The position numbers and the translations under genes are program-made. This document shows positions 55,166 through 64,000 of a DNA stretch of 64,000 nt, one piece after another. Every line of letters starts with the position of its first letter. Position 1 is the first letter of the stretch. Origin of the DNA: a virus (taxonomy: Duplodnaviria > Caudoviricetes); IMG/VR virus record IMGVR_UViG_3300049486_000079, positions 1 to 64,000 of that record. One strand, written 5' to 3'. The notes beneath the pieces are model-generated. The model did not search any database. It was not told where the DNA came from and worked only from the letters and a program-made list of their open reading frames with translations.

Positions 55166-56119
55166 CTAGATCTTTACCTTTACGCTATTCGATAACAAGG
55201 TCGGGGGCGCCGGAACAACTGGAGGCGTAGAAGGCCCGAACGCTGTCAGGTGAACGTGCGTATTCAGCCAGGCCAAGAGCGGCTCACCGAGCACTGCTTT
55301 CAAAGTCGCAGCGTCCCCAAGATAAACACCTCCACTCTTGAGATTCACCGAGGGCGCTGTTACAGCAACCTCGGAACTGCCTATTACAGTCACCTTGCCA
55401 TTGTCCAACGACACTGAAGACTTGCCGTCCCCACAAACAACAGAAATCGCGCCCTTCTCCGTGCTGATAATATTGCTATTCTCGTCGGCTACGACCACAC
55501 GCTTGTTCTCAGCGTCGAGGTGCACACGCGTCCCATTCTTATTGAAAATAACCACATCGCCGTTAGGCATAAACATGATGCCCGACGCGTTCCCTTCACC
55601 TCGGTTAGAAGAAACCTCGCTTTGTTCGAGCGAATCATCCCCTGGCGCAGTCCTGTGCCATAAGATCTTCAACGACTCGTTGCCGTCTTCATCACTCCAA
55701 ATAATCTGATGCCCCTTGCGGCTAATAAACCCACGGGCCTCTGGCTTCTTGTTTTCCGCCTCTGCCCCGCTACCTGTGTAGGCAAAAGCACTGGGAATAC
55801 TCGTGGTAAAGAAACCGCCAAAATATAAATGAGGCCAGTTCGCGTCGCCATTTTCAAACTGAATCCAAACCCAATCCCCTACCTCGGGCGGATTAAAAAA
55901 CCCTCGATCAGGGCCGCTCGACATCGCTGCCGCATCGAGCCAGACATTCATAGCCTGATTGCCTGCGAAGCCTGGGCATAAAACCTGAACACGACCTCGC
56001 CCCTCGGGATCGTCATTGCGAGTGACTTGAGCCCTGTAAGATCCATAAAAACGACGAATAGAAAAGTGCTCAAGCCCGAATGATTTCAGGTTCTCTAAGA
56101 AAGTACGAAAATCAAGCAC
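55166..56119 (-). CDS. baseplate spike protein (gpV/gp5-like)
   Basis: DDPEGRGRVQV...PEVGDWVWIQFENGD OB fold; beta-helix; C-terminal HVH. Confidence 0.9.
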   Translation of the reverse strand: MLDFRTFLENLKSFGLEHFSIRRFYGSYRAQVTRNDDPEGRGRVQVLCPGFAGNQAMNVWLDAAAMSSGPDRGFFNPPEVGDWVWIQFENGDANWPHLYFGGFFTTSIPSAFAYTGSGAEAENKKPEARGFISRKGHQIIWSDEDGNESLKILWHRTAPGDDSLEQSEVSSNRGEGNASGIMFMPNGDVVIFNKNGTRVHLDAENKRVVVADENSNIISTEKGAISVVCGDGKSSVSLDNGKVTVIGSSEVAVTAPSVNLKSGGVYLGDAATLKAVLGEPLLAWLNTHVHLTAFGPSTPPVVPAPPTLLSNSVKVKI

Positions 56120-56177
56120 AGCGTCTCCTTAGAGAGTCTTCGTATAAAAAGTCTAAAGCGTTCGCGAAAAAGATCTA

Positions 56178-57854
56178 CTAAGGTCCCGTCACTACAGTTC
56201 CACTAGTCACAGGAGGAGATCCGTCAGCGACCTGGATAACTGTCCGGGTAGCCGGATAATACCCCTGGCCGGGCAGTAACCTAACTACCTTTCCCTTCGG
56301 AAGAGTAGCTCTTTCTCCAACCTTGAGTCGAAACTCGACAACCTCGACCGACTCCTCTTCCGGCATGACCTTTACAGTCGAAGACCCACTGGTGCCCGAT
56401 CCTGACTTATCATTCATAATCTTCGCAGCATGATCCGAAGAGCCGCCCGTACCCGATCCTGAGTTATCATTAGTACTCGTCCCTGATTGAGTATCTGATC
56501 TCTTGAAAAGAGCCTGCGTATTGCTCCACGCAGTCAACGACGTCGAAAGCCCTGAAGCACCTGCGGTGTGCGTGACAGTAAAAACACCGTAGTTGCCGAC
56601 TTTATCTCCTGAAATACGCCCGCCCAAACCGCGAACATTGATTACATCCCCAGGAGAAAGATCAGGGATGCCTAGCGTGGTGATCTCAAGATTGATGCCC
56701 ATGGAAGTCCTAGCACGATCGTACTCGTTCTGTGCGATTGCTGCCGCCTGTGCATTCGCAACATGAACCTCAACAGGTTCTTTAGGTAAAGCATCGCTCC
56801 CTGTTACTGCTGCCTTAACAGGAGAACCTGTTCCAGTCGAAACCCCTGTCTTTGCATCAATTGTTGTTGGCGGAGAAAGCGCCCCCGTAGTAGGGTCGAA
56901 GCGCGTCAAACTATACCCGGACGAAGCCAGTCCTTGCGCCCTAGGTAAATAAGCCGCCACTGTAGGAGATGAAACCTCCATGATTGGGAATATGTAACTG
57001 GAGTCGTTGCCGGGACCTGATGTAGGAATAAGCCCGAGGCGCCCTCCGTTAAAATTATAAACCTGAAGAATAGCCTTGGGCTCCCCAGCTAGCCTCTCAT
57101 TGCGTGCCGAGATATAAAGAGTAGCGCCCTCGAAAGACAACCAACAGTTGCACTCCTTCGCAATCTGCCACATGGCCTCCCAGTCCGTACGATCTCCCCC
57201 GCTCCAAAAAGCAACAGGCGCCTTTAATTTTGCTTTTGCTGCTTTCGCCGCAGGATCACTAGAATCATTTATACGACTGAAATCTAGACTGAGTTTACTG
57301 TCTCTGGCTACCTTTTTGTGGCGATCGAAAAGTAATTGCAATATTGTCTCGAACGTATGATTCGAACCCTGGAAGGTGTTCTGTGATGCCGTACGAAGCA
57401 TCGAGAAGCCGCCGACCCCCTGCGCGTTCAGTGTGATAGATATACGGGGCCCGATAGCAATCTGGGGCTGAACGGTGAAACCTCTCCATGTGGGACCTGT
57501 AACGACCTGATTATTGTCCGTATTTACGTAGCCCATACGAACTTCGATGAAAGAGTTCGCAAATTCTACCAAGGTAGAATTTAGAATCGCGATTCCTTCC
57601 TCGTAGGGAGGCTCCATCCGAACAGAAATTCGAGGCACGTCGCCAAGATTATTCTCGACGCTGATCTCAGTCACATAAGGAACACCGTTAGCGCGCCAGA
57701 GTATGTTCGTAGGATCCGACGGCGCAATCCTGCTGCCTATACCCTGCTTGTTCGCCCAGTCGACCCACAAAGGGGTTTGATTCCCATCCGCGTCTATGTG
57801 GACAGCCCGCATAAAGGGCGCATAGAAATCGTAGGATGTTCCCGTAATTGGCAT
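56178..57854 (-). CDS. baseplate hub (gpD/gp27-like)
   Basis: TDWEAMWQIAKE; GIPDLSPGDVINV.G...GNYGVFTVTH. Confidence 0.75.
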   Translation of the reverse strand: MPITGTSYDFYAPFMRAVHIDADGNQTPLWVDWANKQGIGSRIAPSDPTNILWRANGVPYVTEISVENNLGDVPRISVRMEPPYEEGIAILNSTLVEFANSFIEVRMGYVNTDNNQVVTGPTWRGFTVQPQIAIGPRISITLNAQGVGGFSMLRTASQNTFQGSNHTFETILQLLFDRHKKVARDSKLSLDFSRINDSSDPAAKAAKAKLKAPVAFWSGGDRTDWEAMWQIAKECNCWLSFEGATLYISARNERLAGEPKAILQVYNFNGGRLGLIPTSGPGNDSSYIFPIMEVSSPTVAAYLPRAQGLASSGYSLTRFDPTTGALSPPTTIDAKTGVSTGTGSPVKAAVTGSDALPKEPVEVHVANAQAAAIAQNEYDRARTSMGINLEITTLGIPDLSPGDVINVRGLGGRISGDKVGNYGVFTVTHTAGASGLSTSLTAWSNTQALFKRSDTQSGTSTNDNSGSGTGGSSDHAAKIMNDKSGSGTSGSSTVKVMPEEESVEVVEFRLKVGERATLPKGKVVRLLPGQGYYPATRTVIQVADGSPPVTSGTVVTGP

Positions 57855-57869
57855 AGACTGACCTATCTC

Positions 57870-58184
57870 TTAAACAGGAGCGCCTTCAAACAGAAACTGG
57901 CTTACGTACCTCGGCGACGGAATCGTAATGATCGCCCCCTCCACAAGCTCGGTCGGCAAAATCTCCATGCCATTAGCAACCGCAATAACCCACCAAAGCC
58001 TAGGGCTCTTGTAATAACGGTAGGCTAAGAGGTCCATACGGTCCGTGACCTGAACCTGATGTCGAATGTCGTCTTGTTGCGCCTCGATCGTAGGGTACTC
58101 AAAGAAATTCCAAAATTCATATCCATCTACTACAACTAGACGTGAAAAACGGAGTCGGCTGTTCTTTGCGATTGTAACTGTCAT
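57870..58184 (-). CDS. tail protein X / LysM-like baseplate protein
   Basis: DRMDLLAYRYY..PRLWWVIAVAN...G..ITIP. Confidence 0.85.
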   Translation of the reverse strand: MTVTIAKNSRLRFSRLVVVDGYEFWNFFEYPTIEAQQDDIRHQVQVTDRMDLLAYRYYKSPRLWWVIAVANGMEILPTELVEGAIITIPSPRYVSQFLFEGAPV

Positions 58185-60799
58185 AGCGGCACCTGTGGCA
58201 ATGTAAAGGTTTCGCCAGCAGTAGTCCTGTACTGCGACTGTGTCGTGCCTTGGCCAGTTCCGGTGTCGGGTTTATCAAGAATATCAACAGTGGCTTTTGT
58301 GTTGGCAGCGTTTTGCTTGAGGAGTTCGTTTGACTCCTTGAGATCCTCCCGCACACCCCTCAATTCGGTATGTACCTTATCAGGTTTCGCAAGACTATTC
58401 GAGGCGCCTGCGCTCAAAAAGGGAACAGGACTACCTGGGGTTAAAGAAGCACCAAAGCTTAAAGGAGTCATACCTTGCTTGAGATAGTCAGCTACGGCAC
58501 CGCTAGCCCCAGTTGAACCCGGGTCTCCACTCCCGCCTTTAGCCGCCTTAATAGCCTTATCGACAGTTTCTCCAATATTAAGCCAAGGCTCCACAGCGTT
58601 TGAAACAGCCCCATAGGCCGCTCCTCCTGCGAACAAAGCCGCAGTCCCAGTGTCGCCCTTAAGAGCAAATATTCCCGCAAGGATACCTGCTTCCTTGGGG
58701 TTCTCCTTAAGGAACGTAGAGGCGGCACCACTAACAGCGGTAAAGAGATCTTTTACGATGCCAGGTCCTTTTTCTTTAAGAAATGTAAGCAGTGCATTAA
58801 ACCCGTCCGTAACAGCGTCCTTCAAAAAGGTCCCAAACGAAATACCGAAGTTGCCAGTCTCATTTTTCATGGTTTGCTGCATGGCAGAATCTCCTGTGAG
58901 TCCTCCCCAGAAACCCTTGAAAAAAGCCTTGACTTCGGGCCATAGCGTCTCATTGAAATACTTCTTAAACTCGACAAACCCGTCATGGAAAAAAGACCCC
59001 AACGAAATACCGAAGTTGGCAGTCTCGTTTTTCATAGTTTTCTGTATGGCAGGATCTCCTGTGAGTCCTCCCCAGAAACCTTTAAGGAATGTCTGGACAT
59101 TCGCCCAAAGATCCTTCAAAGCCGGTTTAAGATCTTGCTCCCATAAGTCTTTGAAGATCGGTCCGATGTCTCTGAAAATCTCGCCTATGGTGTCCTTGAT
59201 AAAGCTAGCGCCCTGAAGGAGGCCCTTAATCCTGTCTCTGATCGTCAAAACAAAGCTGCGTATATCTTCGACCGTCTGTTTTTGCGCCTTCCTTACGTCA
59301 CCCAGGGCCTTCTTGTTCTGCATGAACTTCAAAGTCACAGCCGTAACGGCTCCGGCCAAGAGCTTAAGCGGGGTCAAGAAGGTAAACGCAAGAACCCCTG
59401 ACTGGCTCAACTGCTCGCCGATCTCAGAGATCATGGTGACCGCTTTGCCCATAACAGGAGCTACACCCTGCCACTCTTTCGGGAAAAACGCCAAGATACC
59501 GCGCTGTGAGAAATCAGACACTTTCCTCACTATCTCGCCAAGGGGGCCATCGTCTTTCGCCAAATCCTCTAGGATGCCCTCGGCTTCCTTGTAGGCTTTC
59601 TGAGTATCCTTGAGCCAACTACTGTTGGCTCGCCCCATTGCACGGAACTTCGTCTCAAACTGATCTTCCATCAGTTTGAGCGCTTCCTGCAAAGAACGTC
59701 CAGATCTCCAGGCTTCTTTAGTCAGATTTTTTAAGTCTACAGCACCTGTATTAGACACATCACTGAGTGTTTTCTGCATCTTCTCTAGCTCTGTAGTGCT
59801 AGACTTAGCGGCTTTCATTAAGAAATTTGCAAACTCGTCCCCAAGGATGCCTCTCAACTGGACATCGGCAAACCGAGTCGCTTTTTCTATGCTATCAAGA
59901 TCGTTCGTTTTCTGGAACTCTGCAATCTGATCGACAAAGTTTTTCATAAAGGCGGCGGGACCTCCCTCCGCTACCTTCATGGCTTTATCGAAGCTACCAA
60001 ACGTCTTAGCGAGCCCTTCCGATAATCCAGAAATAACCCCGACCTTGCCCCCCAGTAGCTCCTGAAAACCAAATCGAATCTCTGTAAGGGACTCAGAGAC
60101 TTTTTGAGCAGCAGCGTACGCTACATCCCCTTGTAGGCCCATCTGAGAGAACAACTGCGTAACGGTCAGAACTTCTTTACCGTACTGTTTGAAGTTTACT
60201 CGGCCAAGTGCCTGTTCCTTCCGCATAAGCTCAAGAACAGAAGGAACCTTACTCATGGTACCAGACAAGTCACCTACGGCTTGGCCTGTAGCCACAACTG
60301 TTTGCAAAAATTCTTTTGTCTCACCACTAGTATAGCCAAGACTCTTTTGAAGAGAACGAACCTGATCGCCAAGCTGGAACGAATCGACTCCTAGGACTTC
60401 AGAGAGCTTCAGTAATTCCTTGTAGTTTTCTGCTATTCCCTCTAAGGCCTCTTTTCCTGCCCGTTCGAACCCCGTATAGGCCTTTGTCGTCTCGTCGATA
60501 CCTCTATTAAGCTCGACGGCCGCGCTGGTAGCTTCCTTCGATATTTTATTGAGATCCCCCGCAGCAGCACCATGCTGCGCGGCAATTTGTCGAGCCGCCT
60601 TATCAAACTGCTGGAGTTGGCTCTCGTATGAGGTGGTGAGGTTCATCGCCTCAGACGTAAACTGCCGAGCGACCATCCCGACCGAGTTGAACTCGCGGCT
60701 GACATTAGCCAGAAGGCCTGCCATACCTTCGAGGCCCTTCTTGAATCCCTTGTCGACGATGCTGAAGGAAAAGCCGAGCGGCAAGAAATTCAGGGCCAT
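58181..60799 (-). CDS. tape measure protein
   Basis: 872-aa helical protein between the chaperone and gpX genes. Confidence 0.8.
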   Translation of the reverse strand: MALNFLPLGFSFSIVDKGFKKGLEGMAGLLANVSREFNSVGMVARQFTSEAMNLTTSYESQLQQFDKAARQIAAQHGAAAGDLNKISKEATSAAVELNRGIDETTKAYTGFERAGKEALEGIAENYKELLKLSEVLGVDSFQLGDQVRSLQKSLGYTSGETKEFLQTVVATGQAVGDLSGTMSKVPSVLELMRKEQALGRVNFKQYGKEVLTVTQLFSQMGLQGDVAYAAAQKVSESLTEIRFGFQELLGGKVGVISGLSEGLAKTFGSFDKAMKVAEGGPAAFMKNFVDQIAEFQKTNDLDSIEKATRFADVQLRGILGDEFANFLMKAAKSSTTELEKMQKTLSDVSNTGAVDLKNLTKEAWRSGRSLQEALKLMEDQFETKFRAMGRANSSWLKDTQKAYKEAEGILEDLAKDDGPLGEIVRKVSDFSQRGILAFFPKEWQGVAPVMGKAVTMISEIGEQLSQSGVLAFTFLTPLKLLAGAVTAVTLKFMQNKKALGDVRKAQKQTVEDIRSFVLTIRDRIKGLLQGASFIKDTIGEIFRDIGPIFKDLWEQDLKPALKDLWANVQTFLKGFWGGLTGDPAIQKTMKNETANFGISLGSFFHDGFVEFKKYFNETLWPEVKAFFKGFWGGLTGDSAMQQTMKNETGNFGISFGTFLKDAVTDGFNALLTFLKEKGPGIVKDLFTAVSGAASTFLKENPKEAGILAGIFALKGDTGTAALFAGGAAYGAVSNAVEPWLNIGETVDKAIKAAKGGSGDPGSTGASGAVADYLKQGMTPLSFGASLTPGSPVPFLSAGASNSLAKPDKVHTELRGVREDLKESNELLKQNAANTKATVDILDKPDTGTGQGTTQSQYRTTAGETFTLPQVPL
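58836..59080 (-). repeat. two copies of an ~80-bp repeat (165-nt period) within the tape measure gene
   Basis: 58836-58915 vs 59001-59080; KGFWGGLTGD...TMKNET.NFGIS. Confidence 0.85.
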
Positions 60800-60818
60800 G
60801 GTTCAACTCCGATCTGGA

Positions 60819-61007
60819 CTAACGTCGTCTTGACTCCGACACTTCAGCGTGAAGAGCCCGCTGCTTCTCAAGATCTTGCTTCTTAATCAAAAGACGGTAG
60901 CGCCTCGAAAAAGGCAGCGCCATAATCTCTTCATACGACATTCCCCACATCTCGATCAGGTAGAAGACTTCAGCTTCAATTTCTTCTTGACTCTGGAAGG
61001 GAAAAAA
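60819..61007 (-). CDS. -1 frameshift extension of the tail assembly chaperone (gpGT-like)
   Basis: Slippery GGG TTT TTT TTC; -1 frame reads PFQSQEEIEAEVFYLIEMWGMSYEEIMALPFSRRYRLL... Confidence 0.75.
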   Translation of the reverse strand, partial: FFPFQSQEEIEAEVFYLIEMWGMSYEEIMALPFSRRYRLLIKKQDLEKQRALHAEVSESRRR

Positions 61008-61753
61008 AACCCGGGCTGCCCGATTTCAATATCTTCGCTCCACTCAGCATCGCAGAACTGGCACTGTAGCTCAAGCGCCGTATCCACTCCCCCGTCCACT
61101 TCCTCCATCTTCGCACGGAGAAAATCGCGATCCCGGGAGCTGAGATTCTTAATAGACGCCATCGACGGCGCCTGCCCGTTGATTAGCTCGATCCGTGTGA
61201 GAATCTGAACCGAGGCCCTGTTCTCGTTATCAGGCCGCTTGTGCGACTCCTCTTCGTCCCTACCGGTCAAACATCGAAAACGTACGACGATCCCTGAAGG
61301 CAACTCCACATCGAAGATACGCTTCAAAGGATCTGGCATCTCCTGAATCGTGAGGTCACTGAGGTCGACGAGATACGAACCCTCTTTGTTGCACGAATCG
61401 CAACGCGCTCTGAATGGATATTCATCGCCCAAGGTAAGTCGACGTACCGCAAACAACAGAAAAACACGATCTCCAAGCAAGAGATCTTGGACAATGCTCG
61501 CGATCTTGCCCTTGTCCGTGTAAGGGCCTACCCGTGTGATACACCTGCTGAGAAGCGCGCTGATCTTCTTGTGATGAGGAATCGCAGACGACGCGAGAAG
61601 ATCTTCCTCGTTCCCCGTCATCTCCCGAAGCTCCACATCCTTGTGGACACCTTCCGCGTCTAAATAACCGCAGGGAAGCTCGACCAAGGTCTGGGAGCTT
61701 TTTGCGTTCTCCAGTCCTGAAATAACCTTCGCATTATCGGCAACATTCGTCAT
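60956..61753 (-). CDS. tail assembly chaperone / hub assembly protein
   Basis: LREMTGNEEDLL, GDRVFLL..R..TLG, two CxxC motifs, C-terminal FF. Confidence 0.8.
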   Translation of the reverse strand: MTNVADNAKVISGLENAKSSQTLVELPCGYLDAEGVHKDVELREMTGNEEDLLASSAIPHHKKISALLSRCITRVGPYTDKGKIASIVQDLLLGDRVFLLFAVRRLTLGDEYPFRARCDSCNKEGSYLVDLSDLTIQEMPDPLKRIFDVELPSGIVVRFRCLTGRDEEESHKRPDNENRASVQILTRIELINGQAPSMASIKNLSSRDRDFLRAKMEEVDGGVDTALELQCQFCDAEWSEDIEIGQPGFFFPSRVKKKLKLKSST

Positions 61754-61784
61754 GGAAAAACCCCGAACTAAAATAAGAAGCGGT

Positions 61785-62414
61785 CTACTTGAACCGCTTT
61801 CTCCCGTTCACTGTCTCATCGTCAAATACACGGATGAGAGCTTTCAGCCCGTCCGTGACCGTCATCCCGCGTTTTTTCAGCTTTGCTTGAAAAACATCGT
61901 ACCGGCTTCTCTCGACCCAAACATTGATCTTCACTTCGTTGCCCGAGTCCTGGTACTGCTCCAGATCGTCGAAAGAGCTGTCGTCGGCGACGTATTTACC
62001 GATGAGATACCGGATAAAAGCACTCATGCTACGAAAACCGCTCTCGGGTTGGACGACGAGCTGAATCCGGTTGTACAGCCCTCGACTTGTCCAGAAGTTT
62101 ACGGGCCACTTATCGGTCTTAGACGGAGAAGGAACCCTGTCCTTGGCTAAATCGCAAGCTCTGCAAAGGCAGACCCCGTTAGACTCGACATAATGACCGC
62201 CTGCTTGCGCAGGCACGATCATGCGGACCCTGACTTTATCTTCGCTCCCGCAATTAGAACACTTGTGACGCGCACGCAAAAGAATCTGCTGTTCCCATAA
62301 AGAACGAAATGCCGGCGACAACTCTTGTCTCACCGGTTCTTCTATCTTCTCCACGCACTCAGCAGGAGACTGGGGTTTCTCTTGCGAGAAAAAATCTGAG
62401 CCACTCTCGGTCAT
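61785..62414 (-). CDS. HNH-fold Zn domain (catalytic His absent) plus RHH-like domains
   Basis: CSNCG...VRMIVP..AGG..SNGVCLCRAC; FRSMSAFIRYLI; MTVTDGLKALI. Confidence 0.6.
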   Translation of the reverse strand: MTESGSDFFSQEKPQSPAECVEKIEEPVRQELSPAFRSLWEQQILLRARHKCSNCGSEDKVRVRMIVPAQAGGHYVESNGVCLCRACDLAKDRVPSPSKTDKWPVNFWTSRGLYNRIQLVVQPESGFRSMSAFIRYLIGKYVADDSSFDDLEQYQDSGNEVKINVWVERSRYDVFQAKLKKRGMTVTDGLKALIRVFDDETVNGRKRFK

Positions 62415-62457
62415 GAAAACTTACCCCGAAAATACAGTAAAGGGTGGCAAAAAAAGG

Positions 62458-62625
62458 TCAGAGCCTCTTCTTTTTACGAAAACGCCTCAGTAGGCCCCCC
62501 AGAGGCACAGCATAAGATCCCGCATTGCTGCTGGTGGTTGTACCCCCGCTCACAAAACCTGCCATCCCTCCAGAGACCATCTCCCGAAGGATACACGTAT
62601 GATAGCGAAGCCTGTCTTTATTCAT
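62458..62625 (-). CDS. small basic-tailed protein (55 aa)
   Basis: MNKDRLRYHTCILREMVSGG...GSYAVPLGGLLRRFRKKKRL; starts 2 nt after the upstream stop. Confidence 0.55.
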   Translation of the reverse strand: MNKDRLRYHTCILREMVSGGMAGFVSGGTTTSSNAGSYAVPLGGLLRRFRKKKRL

Positions 62626-62627
62626 AA

Positions 62628-63338
62628 TTAAGAAGCCAGCCCGATCTCTTCAAAATATTCCATCTCAATGTCCAGTTCCGCAATAGACACATCAGGGGAT
62701 GAGGCGTCAAACCCGGTTCCGACCTTATAGCGTGCTGGTATACAATCGTAAAGTAACCATGCCTTAGCGGGAATGCGTAACGCCCATCCAGACAAAGCAG
62801 CAAAACCGAGAAAGCCTCCTGCGCTGACGCCCGCGCTTACTCCTGAGGCGAGCAGTGCGTTACTTTCCAAATCAGACCCGAATGCCGCAGCCCCTGAACT
62901 TAGAGCGACGAGACCTGTCGCCGCAATCGCGGTATTCGCGGCCTTTTCTCGAAAAGGTCCCCTGGCAAAAAACTGCACCAAGAGCAGATTTCGTCGATAA
63001 GTCGGACCGCCTGACCCGTCGTTCGTACCTCTGATGCTGTTTTTAATCCATCTCCAGAAATCACCGTCGACAAAGTGAGCCCCACGAGAGCACGTGATCG
63101 GACCGACAGAGGCACTCTCGATCACTTTCCTTGGAAAGTAATTGTTGCCCTCCTTGACCGTTCTTATGGATGTGGTGACCTCGGGCGCACTGATCGCAGA
63201 AAACCCAAAGAGAGGCAAGAAAATAGGGAGCGCCAACGTATCGACAGGAGACACGTCCATAATCCAGAACGGGAAATTCTGGAGATGGTCGTACAGGAAC
63301 GCTGGTTTCCTGCCCCCTAAGATCGATCTAGTAGGCAT
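62628..63338 (-). CDS. tail tube protein (T4 gp19 family), second copy
   Basis: GFSAISAPE...KEGN...SRG...FWRWI...RRNL...CIPARYK...SIAELDIEME. Confidence 0.85.
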   Translation of the reverse strand: MPTRSILGGRKPAFLYDHLQNFPFWIMDVSPVDTLALPIFLPLFGFSAISAPEVTTSIRTVKEGNNYFPRKVIESASVGPITCSRGAHFVDGDFWRWIKNSIRGTNDGSGGPTYRRNLLLVQFFARGPFREKAANTAIAATGLVALSSGAAAFGSDLESNALLASGVSAGVSAGGFLGFAALSGWALRIPAKAWLLYDCIPARYKVGTGFDASSPDVSIAELDIEMEYFEEIGLAS

Positions 63339-63352
63339 ACGACTACAATAAC

Positions 63353-63940
63353 CTAGACTTCGGGAACACCAGCCCCGGCTTTAAGATCTTCGACCTCAAA
63401 AGACTCATAAGTCAGAGTGAGATTCTGGATCGAAATCTCAGACGAGCCGCTGTCAAGATCAGAAGCTACTTTATGCTGAACAGGAAAACTCTCGAACAAG
63501 TAATACGCCCTATAGGTACCACGCCCTATATTCAAGGTCTGCGCGCTATTGGGGTTCTCACGAACATTTTTATTAGCACTTGCGTTAGGGAGGGCCTCTC
63601 GCGGGAAATGCTTGATCGTGACGTTGGCCCGGTAGTCGCCAGCACCTTCGATAATATACCGAAGCCACTGCCATAAATCAGAATAAAATAAAGCGACCCC
63701 ACGAGACAACTGGACATCGGTCATCTCGGGTATGCCACCTGGCTGCTTTCGTGTGTAGATATACTGGCCCTCGCGATAAGAGACAGCAGCCACACTGACA
63801 TCCGGAGTCGACGCCTGCATGAAACCCGCAGAAGCAGTGTCCCCGCTCGGATTTGTCTGCTTAAGAAGCGTATTATCGTCTACAGAAACATGAAAACGCA
63901 TGTTGTGTAGAAAATCAGACGACACAGCACGACCGGCCAT
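63353..63940 (-). CDS. tail tube protein (T4 gp19 family)
   Basis: AGFMQ...YREG...KQPG...LSRGV...LWQW...FPV...DLDS..SEISIQNLTLTYE. Confidence 0.9.
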   Translation of the reverse strand: MAGRAVSSDFLHNMRFHVSVDDNTLLKQTNPSGDTASAGFMQASTPDVSVAAVSYREGQYIYTRKQPGGIPEMTDVQLSRGVALFYSDLWQWLRYIIEGAGDYRANVTIKHFPREALPNASANKNVRENPNSAQTLNIGRGTYRAYYLFESFPVQHKVASDLDSGSSEISIQNLTLTYESFEVEDLKAGAGVPEV

Positions 63941-64000
63941 TGTTATGGCCTCCTTTCAGGCAGGAAGGAGCAAGAGGGAGGAATATTTCTTACGACTCCG

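Noticed and set aside
51499-63940. Bacterial chromosomal tailocin or eCIS locus
   Set aside because: The surrounding content (dense small hypotheticals, folA, thyA, nrdJ, tRNA, frameshifting chaperone, tape measure) indicates a phage genome, although capsid and terminase genes are not in this window.
1-64000. Stop-codon reassignment
   Set aside because: Known genes are full length in the standard code and end at TAA, TAG and TGA; the only normal tRNA is Ser(UGA anticodon), not a suppressor.

Overview
A 64-kb segment of a large contractile-tailed (myovirus-type) bacteriophage genome, mostly on the minus strand. About 1-25 kb is an accessory and metabolic region. It carries folA, thyA, tRNA-Ser(UGA), ruvB, a stand-alone RuvA-C-terminal-domain protein, an SNase-family nuclease, an intein-containing class II ribonucleotide reductase, GroES-like and J-domain co-chaperones, HicB-like and HTH proteins, and many small hypotheticals. 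About 25-64 kb holds candidate lysis membrane proteins, Lys-rich putative head-internal proteins, a modular tail-fibre/accessory cluster and a contractile-tail module. That module comprises baseplate J, gp25, spike, hub, gpX/LysM, tape measure, a frameshifting tail chaperone and two gp19-type tube proteins. The most unusual signal is non-coding. The left part contains at least six intergenic elements that fold by eye into structured RNAs, several starting at or near the predicted start of a recurring TTGnCn-N17-TAnnnn promoter. The standout is a 194-nt class II tRNA body (12557-12750) whose anticodon loop is replaced by a four-hairpin domain. All calls come from manual motif reading and manual base-pairing; no searches or folding programs were run, and the host is not determined.
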